NCBI RefSeq assembly: GCF_009914755.1
Contig: NC_060931.1
Strand: one strand, 5' to 3'
Origin: the human T2T-CHM13v2.0 reference genome, Homo sapiens
DNA length: 64,000 nucleotides
In this document: positions 1 through 14,719 of the stretch, one piece after another
How the letters are laid out: the number at the start of each line of letters is the position of its first letter
Numbering within the stretch: position 1 is the stretch's first letter
The notes under the pieces: generated by a model
The model's database searches: none
What the model was told of the DNA's origin: nothing
The model's input: only the letters and a program-made list of their open reading frames with translations
Position numbers and translations under genes: made by a program

Positions 1-186
1 TCGTGCCTCACAAGTGTTCACACGGACTGTAGAGGCAAGAGGGGCTGGGGAAGCACGACGGACCGTTCACCAGGCAGATCAGACACACTGGGTCATACCA
101 AATGTATTTTGCAACATTTTAGCAATCTCACAATAACCCTGAGTTTTTCCCTCAGAAAACAAAATAAAGCTATTAATCCTTTTTAC

Positions 187-347
187 CTTCTATCCTATTC
201 TTTTCTGTTGCATTGACTAAAAAGAGATCCCAGGAATAAGACAGATTCGGTATTTCACTGCAGTCCTCACACATAGCTTGAAGAGAGAGTTCGTCATTCC
301 AGTTGACGAAGGTGTCTTTAAAGCTGACCCAGGAGATGTGGACGAAT
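187..347 (-). CDS. PKD1L1: PKD1L1 exon 17 (FVHISWVSF...KNRIE), 161 nt, REJ
   Basis: Acceptor tatatttcag, donor AAG|GTAAAA. Confidence 0.94.
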
Positions 348-2738
348 CTGAAATATATAAATTGGCTTGAGATCTTAGGAAAATAATGTGAGGGTTCTTT
401 GGTCACATTAATTCATGTTAGGCATGTTTAAATCACCCTACTTTGGATCTTTATTAAGGGACTTCAATAGCAATGTCACAGCACATATGATGGCACATAT
501 GGAGTGGCCAACACTGTGCCAAGCTCGACACTCACGTGATCTGCTCTAACACTGTGAGATCCAGTGAGGCAAGGACACTGCCACCCTACAGAGTTCAGAG
601 AGGCTGTGTAGCTTTTCCGAGTCACACAGCGGTGAGGGCAGAGCTGGGCCTGGTCAAGGTCCCTCTGTTTCCAAGCCTGGGCTCTGGCCCAGCTCTCCAC
701 ACTAGAGCAGTTGCCACCACGTGATCCCTCTTCGCTGCCTTGCCTCAGGGCTTGCTTCTACCAGCTGCAAACCCATCCCCTCCCAAACTTTCCCCGTGGC
801 CGTCCACCTTTGTGATTCCCACACAGCCTCAGATGCTCACAAAGAAAGATGTCTCCACTGCCTCGGCCCCGCCTCTTCCCTGTGCAGGGTTGTGGGTCAT
901 GGGCAGTTCACACATCCCATGCCCACAGCCCGGCGCCCACCTCCCTTGGGCCTGCATTCCATGGCTGCCTTCTGTCAAGCCCTCTAGTCTCTTTGCTGAC
1001 CCAGCACTTTCCAGAGTGCACTTTTATGGTTTTTCATAATATCTCGGGGGTGGTTTGGGATTTAACAGATTTATTTCCTGTGGGACTTAGGGAGGGTTTA
1101 AAAGGCCAGGTCGGTAGATACTCTGGGGTGTGTGTGGTACCTGGTGTCTCCCATGCAAACATCCTATACTCTGCACCTGACGGCCCACGTCTCAGACCAA
1201 GGCCTAAGCACTCGACTCCCAGCACAGGGCTGAGGAGCCATGGTGGGAGAGGCCACACAGCGTCCTCGCCTGGCACTGGGCCCAGGCTGTGTGTGTGTGT
1301 GAAAGGGTGCATCTGTGTGGGTGCACAGTGGGGTGATGGGGGTGCAGACGGACATGGGCAAAGAGAGGTCCCTCCAGCCCCAGACCTCCTGGGGACATCA
1401 TCCACATAGGCCTGGACCTTCCTGACAGGATCAAAAGATGTTCACCTGATAGCTTTGGCACATATTGAAAGACTATTTTAAAATAAATTCTGTAATTATC
1501 TCATGAGTAGCAGAGGTATATAGTACATTATATTTTTGGAATAGAAGTATTTAGTTTGTTAAATTTAATGATTAATGATTTAAATTGTGCCCCAATTGTT
1601 GTAGCCTTGTACCTGGCATTTCTTCACTTTTAGTACATATCCAGAGCCTCAAATAACAGTCAGTAGTCGGGGCCTGTGGGGCTCCCTGGGCAGTGCTGTA
1701 TGACCTTGGGGCTCACCATGGCATGGCCCACTCTTATCCACTCAGCCTTATTTTCATGGCTCTAATCTTGAAACCCTGAATTCCAGTACAGGGAATGACC
1801 TTCAAAGCAGTCTTTCTGATCTCTGAGGACAGCAGATTTGCTTCCTCCTCCAGGAAGCCTTCCCAAACCACCCAGCCCACAAACAGGACCATAGTAACTG
1901 CCCAGCCCCCTTGCCCCTACCATCCATGATGGAAGCAGTTCGATCTGCCCAGGGCCTTCCAGGTGACATATAGGGCTATGGGCAGAGGGTCAGTCCCAGC
2001 ACTGCTTCCTGGGTGGGTGCCAGCTTGCAGCCCCGATGGGAGAGTGTCCAAAGCAGGTGGGCCTGGGCTCCTGCTCCATCCCGATGCTCACTTACATAAT
2101 GACCCAACCCCCTTAGAGGAGGAGGCTGGGAAACAGCTGCAACTCACACCCTTCCTGCACTTGGCTCGGTCCTGGTATCCTGTGTTTGGTGTCCGGGGGC
2201 TGCACTACACCCACTGGCGCTGTTCTGGCCTCAGCGCTACAGGGGTTCTGGGTTTGGGGCACATCACTTCTTTGCCTCTGCATCTTTCATAGTCTCAGAC
2301 CTCACAACTGGGCCCACACTGCTGTCCCCTCCATCCTGTGATGCTTGGAAGGCCTGGGCAATGGCCCTGAAACCCCTGGCTGGGAACTTGATGGCTTTGC
2401 CTCCTGGCTTCAGTCCCAAGCCCCAGGAGAGTCCCCGATCTTTCAGGCAGGTGCTGTGATGGGAGGGTTCCCGATGAGGTTCCACTTGGAACCCCCGGCT
2501 GTGCCAGCTTTAGCTAGTGTGCTTGGCTGTCAGATGCTGCCCAGACATCAGCCCGAGAGCGGGGACTGCTTCCCCAGCCGCTTTCTGAACAGTCTTCTCC
2601 TCCTCCTTTGCAGTGAGAATCCTGCATGGCCAAACTCCAAACTGCTTGCTGTGCACAGCAGATTCCTTTCACGGATGCTAGCACCAGGTGGGAACAAACA
2701 CCGGTGAGCTGAGCTGTGCTGAATACAGGGTCAGGTAC

Positions 2739-2960
2739 CTGAACGCCGAGTCAGGGTAGGGGGACAGGAACACCCGGGTCTCAGAAGAGTTCCGGCCACC
2801 ACTGGAGACCCTCAGCATCACAAGGAACTGATCATAGCTGTCACTGAGCCATTGTGCCTCAAAGGAAACAGTGGGAGCCGCGGCATCCAGTTGGTGTGCA
2901 GTGGAGGAGTCGAAGCAGGGATGTGCTGGGGAGCCAGCGGTGGCGCATTCCCAGTGATAC
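2739..2960 (-). CDS. PKD1L1: PKD1L1 exon 16 (YHWECATAG...DSAFR), 222 nt, REJ
   Basis: Acceptor ttctccaacag, donor AG|GTACCT; missing from the ORF track but open in frame. Confidence 0.93.
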
Positions 2961-4741
2961 CTGTTGGAGAAGTCATCGGAGTGGCTGAGGGGAGCATCAG
3001 GCAGAGTCAGGGACTACCCTGTGTCACTGCACGGGTTTTCCCCAGGTGAGGGGGACCACAGGGGACACGTGCTGGGAAGAGATATTGCTTCCCACATTTT
3101 CTCCTGTAACTGAAGTGGGAGGTTGCAAAAGTGCAGCAGCACCACCACCTGGGGTGGGCTCAGGCCACCCCTCCCGACTCACTGAGGCCTGACTCCAGAC
3201 AGCCTTGTTTCCAGCCCCACCAGGCTTCCTAACCCTTCTCTGCGCACAGCGACCTCCTCTGCTCACATGACTGCCACTTCCCAAGTCACACAGCTGTGCT
3301 GCCCTCAAGTATGTCCCAAACACTGCACCCCATCATCATGACAGCTCCATGTGACAGACAAGAATGCTATGTGAGCCCAGTTTTAGGAAGAAAATGTATT
3401 TGGGAGGCCTCAGAGTGTTTCCCTGTAGCACAGCTAGTGAGGGGTCTGTGAGATGGACTTCAGGCATCTCTCCTCCCAGTCTCACAGTCTTTCTGCAATA
3501 TAACAATTGCCACACCCAACAAGATAAACATGGCTGCTCCGTCCAGGTCAAGCAGGAAGATGTCTTCCCCAACCTTGAGCCAGTCTTGCTCTAGCAGGGA
3601 TGCACACTCAAACATATAGTTCCAGCAGGGAGGAAATGCTGCTATGGAAATGTTTGTGGCTAGGAAGGCCTGGCCCCATCCCGCAGCCATAAGCCCTTTT
3701 CAAAGGTGTCACCTAAATGTGAACTGATATTGATCTTTTAAAGAGCATTTCTCTGTCTGGTGTGCAGGCACCTCATTCTAGACCTTTCTGTTTCCAGAGC
3801 CTGCATAAAGAGGTACTGTGATGGCTCAGGAACTACCCTGCTCAGCAGGAGCACTGCCTCCAGCTCACAGGCTGTGCAGAGCAACTGCCCCTGGGGTTTA
3901 GCTGGAATATTCTATACTCCCAGGGAACAAATTCAGCTCATTTCAGCAGCCACACATGGAGCTCTTGTTTTTGGGCACTGTGCAGGTGCTAGGGCATGCG
4001 GATGTGAAGATGAGTAAGACACAGCCTCTGTCTCCTTAGGTTGGGTGCAGGGAAGTCTGCAGATGGCTAAGGGCTTTCCCAGAGCATGTGCATGAATCAA
4101 ATTGGGGAGTCCAAGCAGCCTTTTGCCTCCTCTCAACTCAAGAAACAGCAAATTCCACACCTGGAATACAGCAAATATGTGTGATCACAGGGGTTGGGAA
4201 AACAACGCAACTCATCTATTGCTTTATAAATAAATATTCCCTGACTAGCTACTACATTCCAGGCATGGGGGATATATCAAATAAGAGCCCTGCCCTCCAG
4301 AGCAGTGACCATAGTAAGTGAGCAAAGGCTCGATGTCAAGGGTGACTACTGTGAAGAAAGATGCCATCAAATCAGGGTAGGATCTGTCATTTTGGAGTCT
4401 CAGTGGGGGCCCCACTGGGAAGGTGATATTTGAGCAATGAGTGAAGGCGGTGATGGCAGATGTTTGGTGAACTGAGTGATGAGCTGCAGAAGGAACCCTT
4501 GCTGTAAAGAGCTGAGAGAGATGCAAGCTGGGTAAGTCCAAGGAGGGGCAGGAAGGCCAAACGGGCTGCACAGTGAGCTGTGGAGGCAGGAAGGGACAGC
4601 TGAAGCTGCAATGGGTTGGGAGAGGTCACATCATCCTCACTGGCACTGTGAGGACGTTGGCTTTTACTCTTGAGTAAAAAGGGGGTGCTGGAGGGTCAAA
4701 CTGTGAAGTAAAGTCTTCTGACTGTTTTAAAAGAATCTGTC

Positions 4742-4910
4742 TCCAAAAGGAGGGAGGTTGGGAGGTGGGTGAGGGATGAGAAATTACCTAATGGGTACAA
4801 TGTACAGCATTCAGGGAATGGTTACATTAACAGTCCAGACTTTAACACCACTAATATATCCATGTAACAAAACTGCACTCATATCCCCTAAATCAAAAAG
4901 AATAAAAACC
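4742..4910 (+). mobile_element. L1MA-type 3' end fragment
   Basis: gggatgagaaattacctaatgggtacaatgtaca...catgtaacaaaactgcact plus A-rich tail. Confidence 0.75.
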
Positions 4911-5145
4911 AATAATACTAGTAAAAGAACCTATCCCTGCCTTGGAGACAGGGCTGCAGGGGAGGATGGAGGTGTGGAGACTGGCCAGGAGATCTTACGG
5001 AGATGAGCCCAAGACCCTGGCAGCTCAAACCACAATGTACCGGGGGTAGGGGAGGTGGTGTGGAACTGATGTTTAAGGGAGGGCCAAAAAAAAAGAAAGG
5101 AAGAAAAAGAAAAAGTAAAAGATGCTGGTAAAGATTTTGGCCTGT

Positions 5146-5594
<449 letters not shown>

Positions 5595-6074
5595 CTAAAC
5601 AGAGAATTCCTGTCTGAGGCTGTTGCACATGGATCATGGATGGATCCACATCAGGACCCTGGCTGAGCCCACAGGCGGGAAGCGGTGTGGATGGAGAAGA
5701 GGACCAAGGGCTGAACTGGGGGCAGCCTCCAGCAACAAGAGACCCATCTACCTGGAGATGAGCAACCCGTGGAAACCAAGCCTTCCACACACCACGGCAT
5801 CTCACTAACCAAGAATTTAACAATGGTGACACTCAAGCCTCATGTTCCAAAACAGATCACTCTTTAAACACCACCTTAAAAAGCGACTCACATTTTACTT
5901 CCACTCTTTTCCTCAATTCCCTTATATTTTGTTCCTAAATAAAGCAGTTAAACTTAACGAAAGTTGATGTGCTTAAAATTTAAAACTATTAATAGCCTCC
6001 AACGTTCCAGAGCCTGCATTTGCAGAATGCGCGGTCTGAGTAGCTGCGCAGCTCTGTGTGGGGGTGGTGCTCAC

Positions 6075-6256
6075 CTGAGAGTCGCCCCAGGGTCGTCAGG
6101 GTCGAAGGACTGGGTCCCTCTGAGGACAATGGGGGATGAGGTGGTCCTGGAGAAGAATAGGTGTGTGCCCTCGGAGATCACACTGACAGGGGCCTGGGCT
6201 CGCACCTCCAGGCCCACACAGTAGTTGCTGTACACCACACTGCCTTCAATCTGAAC
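6075..6256 (-). CDS. PKD1L1: PKD1L1 exon 15 (VQIEGSVV...SFDPDDPGATLR), 182 nt, REJ
   Basis: Acceptor cccctgcag, donor AG|GTGAGC; S-x-DPD motif of REJ repeats. Confidence 0.95.
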
Positions 6257-6765
6257 CTGCAGGGGCAAGGAAGGACAGGGGATGTCATGCAGGGACAAGG
6301 CAGGGACTCACTGGAGAAACACACTAGTCTGAAAATTAGAAAGGAAGCCGACGAGTCTCAACGCATCCCTGGCTCCAACTAAAACAGTCTTGGTAGTCAA
6401 AATAACCACTCTACTGTACGACATGAGAGCTGTGACTGGAGTCCACGAGACCATGGACATCTTCCTATCCAAGCTTGTGTTAATGTACAAATTTGGGCAT
6501 TTCCTAGCTTGTGAACACAATAGAGACTTTCCATGTGTGCACATTTTATAGTTTTCAAACCTCCTCCCTCCACAGTGAATTGTTCAGGCTCCTGGCTTTT
6601 GTGCAACTTCCTTCACCTATCTTAGAGCTGCTTCTTTCTAACCCCCAAACATATCATGGACTTTAGGAAATGTAAATGAAATTTAAGACAAATACTTTTA
6701 AACCCAGGAATAGCAGAACATGTTATAAATAAAACATTCATATTGTTCTTTTACAAGTTTGATGC

Positions 6766-7068
6766 GGCCAGGCGCGGTGGTTCATGCCTGTAATCCCAGC
6801 ACTTTGGGAGGCTGAGGTGGGTGGACTGCTTGCACTCAGGAGTTTGAGACCAGCCTGGGCAACACGGTGAAACCTCATCTCTACTAAAAATACAAAAATT
6901 AGCTGAGCGTGGTGGCATGTGCCTGTAATCCCAGCTACATGGGAGGCAGAGGCACGAGAATCGCTTGAACCCAGTAGCCCAGAGGGGGAGGTTGCAGTGA
7001 GCTGAGATCACACCACTACACTCCAGCCTGGGCAACAGAGTGAGACCCTGTCAAAAAAAAAAAAAAAA
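6766..7068 (+). mobile_element. Alu (S-type)
   Basis: Dimeric Alu with poly-A. Confidence 0.95.
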
Positions 7069-7568
7069 CTGACGCAATTTGAAAAAATACAGTCTAATAC
7101 TTGCTATTCTTTCACTGGGTCTCAGCCTTGATCACTCTAGATTTTCTTCAGATGCACACAGTTCCCTGCTGATCAGTCTCCTGAGTAGGACCAAAGACAA
7201 CGGAACAGCTGTAGGATTAGAACTCTCATTTCCACCTTCAACCTCTGTTTGCTCAGCCTCTCCAGCTCCAAGGAGCTGCTGAGAATATTCCAAGTATATA
7301 CAAAGGCTGGAGGAGGCACCAAGCAGGAAGCTGCTTGGGGAAGATGCAGGGCTGTTCAGGAGCAAAGGAAACCTGAGGCTCTGACTGTGAGGTCAGAGAC
7401 AGCAGAAGTTACCTTATCTGTCAGAAGGTCTCCAAGACCTAGAGAAAGACACAGACCCCCTGTGAAGACACTGAAGACTACAGAAGTGGCTCCCAGCTCA
7501 TAGCCAAACCTCCTTCGGAGCTCCCATTACCTGGCCTGTCCCATAGGCTGGACACATCTTCTATGGCT

Positions 7569-8773
7569 TGCTGGGTTTAATTTAAAAATTACGTAGTTTA
7601 TATATTTAGAAAGCAGAGTTTTATTTTTTAAGAAAGGGATTATAATCTGTAAGCAGGAAGTGTAGTCTCTGGCTAAGAAATTGAAAGTAAGTATTTGGAG
7701 GAGGGAGGGAGGGGTAAGAGGAATTTCAGTTGAATGCATTATCACATATTCACAGGATATAGGAGTTATGGATATCTATGGAAGAGGATTGTGTTTTTGT
7801 GTAATAAGTAAACATATATATGTGCTTTATGTTTACTTTTGGGTGGAGACAATATTGCAATGTATTATAATTAGGTCTTTTATGTTAAAAGGTAAAGTAG
7901 GGACATGAAGGCACTTAAATGCGTAGTCAAACTGGGCAGAATTAGTTTACGGTTGGTGTTTTTTATTAGGAAAAATTTATAGAAATTAGTTTTTTGTTTA
8001 ATTAAAGTCATAGTTAAGGCTTGAGGAATGGGGGGTTAATTAGTTGATGTTTGGTGGTTGTAGAGTTGTAATTGTTTTAATATTGTTTATTTTAAGGCTA
8101 GTGTTTGTTTAGTTGATAGAGAAAAGGGGAGAAAAATCCTGTGGCAATGAGAACAGCTTATTTTTTAATTGTAGGACTGTGTGATTTCACTCTTGCCTGG
8201 CCTTAGGTCTTGTTTATAATTTGGTATCTTATTGTCATAAAGAGTATGTCCTGGCCAGGCGTGATGGCTCACGCCTATAATCCCAGCACTTTGGGAGGCT
8301 GAGGCAGGCAAATTGCTTGAGCCCAGGAGTTCGAGAGCAGCCTGTGCAACAGGGTGAAACCCTGTCTCTACAAAAAATTAGCCAGGCATGGTGGTATGCA
8401 CATGTAGTCCCAGCTACTCAGGAGGCTGAGGCAGAAGGATCACTTGAGCCCAGGAGGGAGAGGTTGCAGTGAGCCGAGATTGCAGCCACTGCACTCCAGC
8501 CTGGGCAACAGAGTGAGACCCTGTCTCAAAAAAAAAAAAAAAAAAAAAAAAAGGAGTCCGTTCTGTCAGTCTTATAATCACTATTTTAACATTAATGTTG
8601 GTCAGTTGTTGTGTCTAAACTGTGAAAGGGAGGGGGCGTAATGAGGCATATCTGACCTTGAGTCCCATTATGGCCAGGAACTCCATTTTTTAAGTATTTT
8701 CTGGGTCCCCTTGGCCAAGAGGGGATTTGTTTAGTTGTTTGGGGGGGACTTAGGATTTTATTTTTAGTTTACA
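7569..8773 (-). mobile_element. ERV1 MER4-group solo LTR, hypermutated, interrupted by an Alu
   Basis: TG...CA termini with perfect 4-bp TSD ggct; minus-strand start tgtaaactaaaaataaaatcctaag resembles the LTR start at 37717. Confidence 0.85.
8253..8552 (+). mobile_element. Alu inside the LTR
   Basis: Dimeric Alu, poly-A, degenerate TSD. Confidence 0.95.
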
Positions 8774-10184
8774 GGCTCTATCTACCTCCCCTACTAGGTT
8801 GTTCACACAAGTGTGCAAAGACCTTATTTATCTCCAAATCCCTCCCCCCAGCACACAGCCAGGTACAAATAGTGCTGTTTTCATTAGGAAAATGAAGAGC
8901 AGCCTCACCCTCCTCCACTCGTTCAGTATTACAGATTTTCCTTTGCATTTCCCCTTGGCTTCTTACAATTAGCCACCCATCAGGTCAGATGCTCCCCACC
9001 ACCCCGAGGTCCCCTGACATTGACCCTGCTCTGCTCTCTATTCCCCAGCTGCCCCCTGCTTCAGCCTCTAATGACTTCTCACCTTCACTAACACTCTCCC
9101 AACATCCCATCCTTCAGTCTGTTTCCTACTCGTTCCCAATCAACATTTCTAAAGAAGAGTATACAGCCTGCTGGGAAAGCTCTGCTTTTTCCTACAACCT
9201 GCATCTGAAGTAATGCTATGCTAAGCCTGGTCTGCAGCCTGTTGTCACTTGGCCCATCGTTACCTGCCTATTTCGCAATGAGATAAGTACAGACACTGAG
9301 AGGAAGCTTCTGGCAACTCCAGCATTTGCCATCGCTGTGACATCCCAGCACAGATTGGGAGGATTTGCTTCCTCAGGCAAGGTCAGGGCAGTTTGGGTGC
9401 CGAGGAGCTTTGTGGCAAGCCACACAAGGCACCAGATGGAACTGTGCTCAGTAGGACTGCGTGCCCCACAGCTTAAAAGAACAAAGCTCCTTCGCTGCAG
9501 ATATTCTGAGGGTCCCTGATCAGGTTCCCGCAGCCTGGCCTGCCCACTGTGCAATTTGTTCCCAGAATCTCCCACCAGGTTCTGCTCATTATCCCTGGTC
9601 TTCTTCTAGCCTTTGCCAAGCTGTTGCCCCTCCCAATCCCTTTCTATGTCTGTGGACAGATTCTCTTTTCAGCACCCTGTTTCTTGAAGCCTACTCTTTT
9701 AAAAACGACCTCTCCCTCTTTTAACTCGCATATTTTCACCACTTTTTCCAGCCAAAATGCACCAAGCACATGCTGAGAATCAAAGTGCCAGGCAGTCACC
9801 GTGAGTGCCTCTTGGATGCCCTGCCCTCTGACTGTCGTCTCCTTTCCTTTCTGGGTGATTGGCCCCTAAATGGCAGGGCCACACATTCTCCTGACATCCC
9901 GGCACCAGCACAGGGCTTATTCAAATTAGGTACACAGGAAGGTTTTGTTATACACATTGGAAGGAGTTTTTCATCAATTGCTTTGACTGCATTTGAACAT
10001 AATTTGTTCTCTTTGGGGGAATTAAACATTTCTCTTAAAATCCAATGCAGATTTTTTTTTTTTAAACAACCTCCCTTTTCCTGGATCGAACAGGTGTTGA
10101 ATTCCAAATGCTGAGCTCTTGCTCCAGGGCGATGAGAAGCATGGGTTTCATTGGGCCAGTAGAGCAGTAAGTCAGCCAGCTGAC

Positions 10185-10391
10185 CTTGGCAAGGGCAGTG
10201 TAGTTCCCATACTCCAAGGTGTGGCTCGGGAGGATGAGGGTCTGTCTGTGAGTGTCCACAGCAGCAGGGAGGGAGACAGGGAGCCCTTCAGAGTCCATCA
10301 AGTTCCAGGTGTAAGAAAGACCTTGGGAAATATCACAGAAGACTGCAGCTTCAAACGTCACTCCCAGCCTCACAGGCTGAGACCTCCATAT
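10185..10391 (-). CDS. PKD1L1: PKD1L1 exon 14 (IWRSQPV...TALAK), 207 nt, REJ
   Basis: Acceptor gatacttag, donor AAG|GTCAGC. Confidence 0.94.
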
Positions 10392-11870
10392 CTAAGTATC
10401 AAGAAGAGAAGATGTCTCATTAAAATGTCCATCACATCTAATGTACTGGTAAATTACTAGAAACTTAGTCTTAACTGTAGATCTCCCATTATTTGTTTGC
10501 ATAGTGACAGAATGGTATTCTTAGGTCTGGGCTTTAGACAACACCAGAATAAACACTACATCTATTTTATAGACAAAAATAAAAGGTTAAAAAAAAACCA
10601 ACTAAAATAATAAGTAAATATTTATATACTCATGAGAAAAAACTTCCTATGCATAAAATTAATGGAAAAATAGCAAAGATATCTGATATTTGATTACATA
10701 AAAAATTTAAGCTTCCAAACGTCAAAAATATAAATGTTATGCTTCTGGGTTTTGGCACCTATGTGTATATATAAATTTTTTAAATCAATGAATATAATAA
10801 GAAAATCATTTGCAGTATACACAACAGATGTTTGCTTTCCCTATTTTTTTCTTCACTGAAATATTCTTAAGTCATTCTCAGAAATCATGACATTTAATCC
10901 CTAAATACTAAATATACATCTCTAAAAACTAAGGGAATTTTCCTACATCAACACAACACTACTATCTCACCTTAAAAATTAACAATAAGTTCTTAGTATA
11001 ATTTAAACCTAGTTTATAATAAAATTTCCCTTATTGTCTCCAAAACATACCCTTGTGCAATTGTTTGATTTGAGATGCACAAAAGTTCTTTTGCTAAAAA
11101 AAAAAAAGGAGAGAGGAGAAAAAAATTTTCTTATCAACTAGAACTATGAGGTTTCCTAAACTATAGTTTGGTCAGGAAAATAAGAATAAATGCTTAATTC
11201 TTTCCCTTAATTACCAACATTCAGAGTAAGAAGCTGGGGCACTAGTTACTTCCAAAGGTGACCAATATGTTACTTGTGTCTGCCTGCTTGGTGGGAACAG
11301 CAGAAGCTTCTCTTTCTCTTTCAGCATAATTATTTTTAAAATATTAGCATTATTCATTCAATTGTAGATGTTACTTTTTAGATGCTCCAAGTAGCCCATC
11401 AGGGGCCTGGGGCACTCTCCTTGGCCTGGCTCTGGCAACCTTCTGGTATGACCCTGGTAGTCTTTTAAAGTGATGGGTTTGTTGCACTATTCTTTCTACT
11501 GTTATTTATGCTTTAAAATTTCCATAACAAAGAATTTTAAATGTTAATAGTAGCTGATACATATACAAAAAGCATATTTGCTCACTTTAATAAGCCAATG
11601 AGGATGAGGATATGGGGGGAATATTAGTGTCTACCCATCCACACCCCTTACCCCTCCCAGCCACTCTGTCTTTCTGAAGCCCCTCCACACCCCCTACTTT
11701 GGGCTGGAGCCAGATGCCACCTCAAGCATGGAGGAGCAAGCCAGGCTAGGGGGCCTCAGGATAGAGTCTCTGCCTGGCCAGAGCGCCTCCACCCTGCAGA
11801 TGCTGGGTGCAGGGTCTCCCCCAGAGGGATTTTTTTTTTCCTGAAGGTTCCCTAAAAATTGGAAAGGGAA

Positions 11871-12252
<382 letters not shown>

Positions 12253-12563
12253 TTACTTTTGACATTCTTTAAGTGACTTTAGTTATAATTAAAATTACTT
12301 TCCAATTACTTTTTATTGTTTCTATTCTGAATATGATATCATTCTAAGATTTGTCACAAAACTGCCCAGATTTATATGGGTTACAGCAAATTTTAATACT
12401 AGGATGCCAATTTTTAGCTCATTCATGATAATAAACATTAAAAAATATGAAATGCCTAGTGAGAGTGAGAGTTGGTCCCTCAGAGCGGACACATGTGAGC
12501 TGCTACAAAAACATCTCTAGGCTTGTCAAGATTCTGGGAAAGGCATTGTGTTCTTCAGTTCTA

Positions 12564-12989
<426 letters not shown>

Positions 12990-13265
12990 TCAGAGGACAT
13001 TATATAGTGATGTATAATCTTTATGTATGATTTAACAGTAAGACATCATTAAAATTATGTAATCAAAAGGCTGCTTAATAACAAAAGAAAATGCTCACAC
13101 TGCAACCCAGGTTTGTGACAAACACACATACCACATATAAAAAGCCTTAGAAAAATACTGAAAATAAATAATTAGACAAAAGTGGCTATCACCTACTGCC
13201 TGGATTTGAGATGATTTCATTTTTTTCTTTATACTTTTAGAAAACACGTAAAATAAAGAAAAAAT

Positions 13266-13772
<507 letters not shown>

Positions 13773-14219
13773 TCACACCCAGAGAACGCGTTCCCCCAGC
13801 ACGCAGACCTGCCCAACAGCGTGGGTGCTCGCTGGTCTAAAGGTGGGCAGGGGTATTGCCTGTGTGGGGGCCGGGACCCTTTCCGGATTGCCCCGGGCAC
13901 TTGGTCTCTGCATGCTGATCTCCACCAGCACCCTCTGCGGGCTGACCTCTTGGGGTCAGATGCCACAGAAAGCAGTTTAGCAAATGCAGCTTAGTCACGG
14001 ATTTTAATTCCCATGTGTCATTTGAGCACCTCTGCCCTGAAAAGGAAAATTTGCTCTGAATCACAGGCCTCAAAGGAATGAAAGAAATAAAAACCAACCC
14101 TATTTTTTCTAACCCAGAATAGGTGTTCAACAGATAACCGATCATGTCCTTTCATTTTGGTGTTACATATATTCAAATGTTTCATTCTCCTGAAAATGCT
14201 ACAGTTCTTAGCATAATCC

Positions 14220-14282
14220 AAAAAAAGAAAGGAAAGGAAAGGAAAAGAAAAGAAAAGAAAAGAAAAAAAAGAAAAGAAAAGA
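14220..14282 (+). repeat. (GAAAA/GGAAA)n simple repeat
   Basis: Read directly from sequence. Confidence 0.9.
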
Positions 14283-14586
14283 GCTCCTTAAAGTGAGCTG
14301 TGCTGAATGCCAGAGTAATGCAGGCGAATAAAGAACTTATTCACACACCAGACCCCAGAAATGACACTGTCTCCTCCTGTCCAGGCTGGGGTAGCCCTCC
14401 CTCCCCTGAGGACCCAGGTCACCCGCTCTGAAGCCCTTATAGGCACTCCTTTGTGTAAATTGCAGTAGGATAAACTGGACAAAGCCTCGCTTCATGCCCC
14501 AAACTCTCACCACTCCAAACAGTGGTCCCAACTCAGAGGGAGGCTGAAAAGAGGCTGGTGGAGGATTTCCCAGACTCCGAGCCTAC

Positions 14587-14719
14587 CTGGACTTTCCCAG
14601 GCCCCATGTTCTTCACCAGGGGTGGCTGGCAGGGCTCGCACACGATGAAAAGTTGCTGTCTTAGAGTGGAGGCACTGACATTATTGAAGGCAAGGACCTC
14701 CACTGTAAATTCTCCTTCC
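14587..14719 (-). CDS. PKD1L1: PKD1L1 exon 13 (EGEFTVEV...GKVQ), 133 nt
   Basis: Acceptor accgtcccag, donor CAG|GTAGGC; end of PKD domain, start of REJ (CQPP). Confidence 0.94.

Noticed and set aside
849-1409. 186-aa plus-strand ORF antisense to intron 16
   Set aside because: GC-rich intron with a (TG)n run and no protein-like features.
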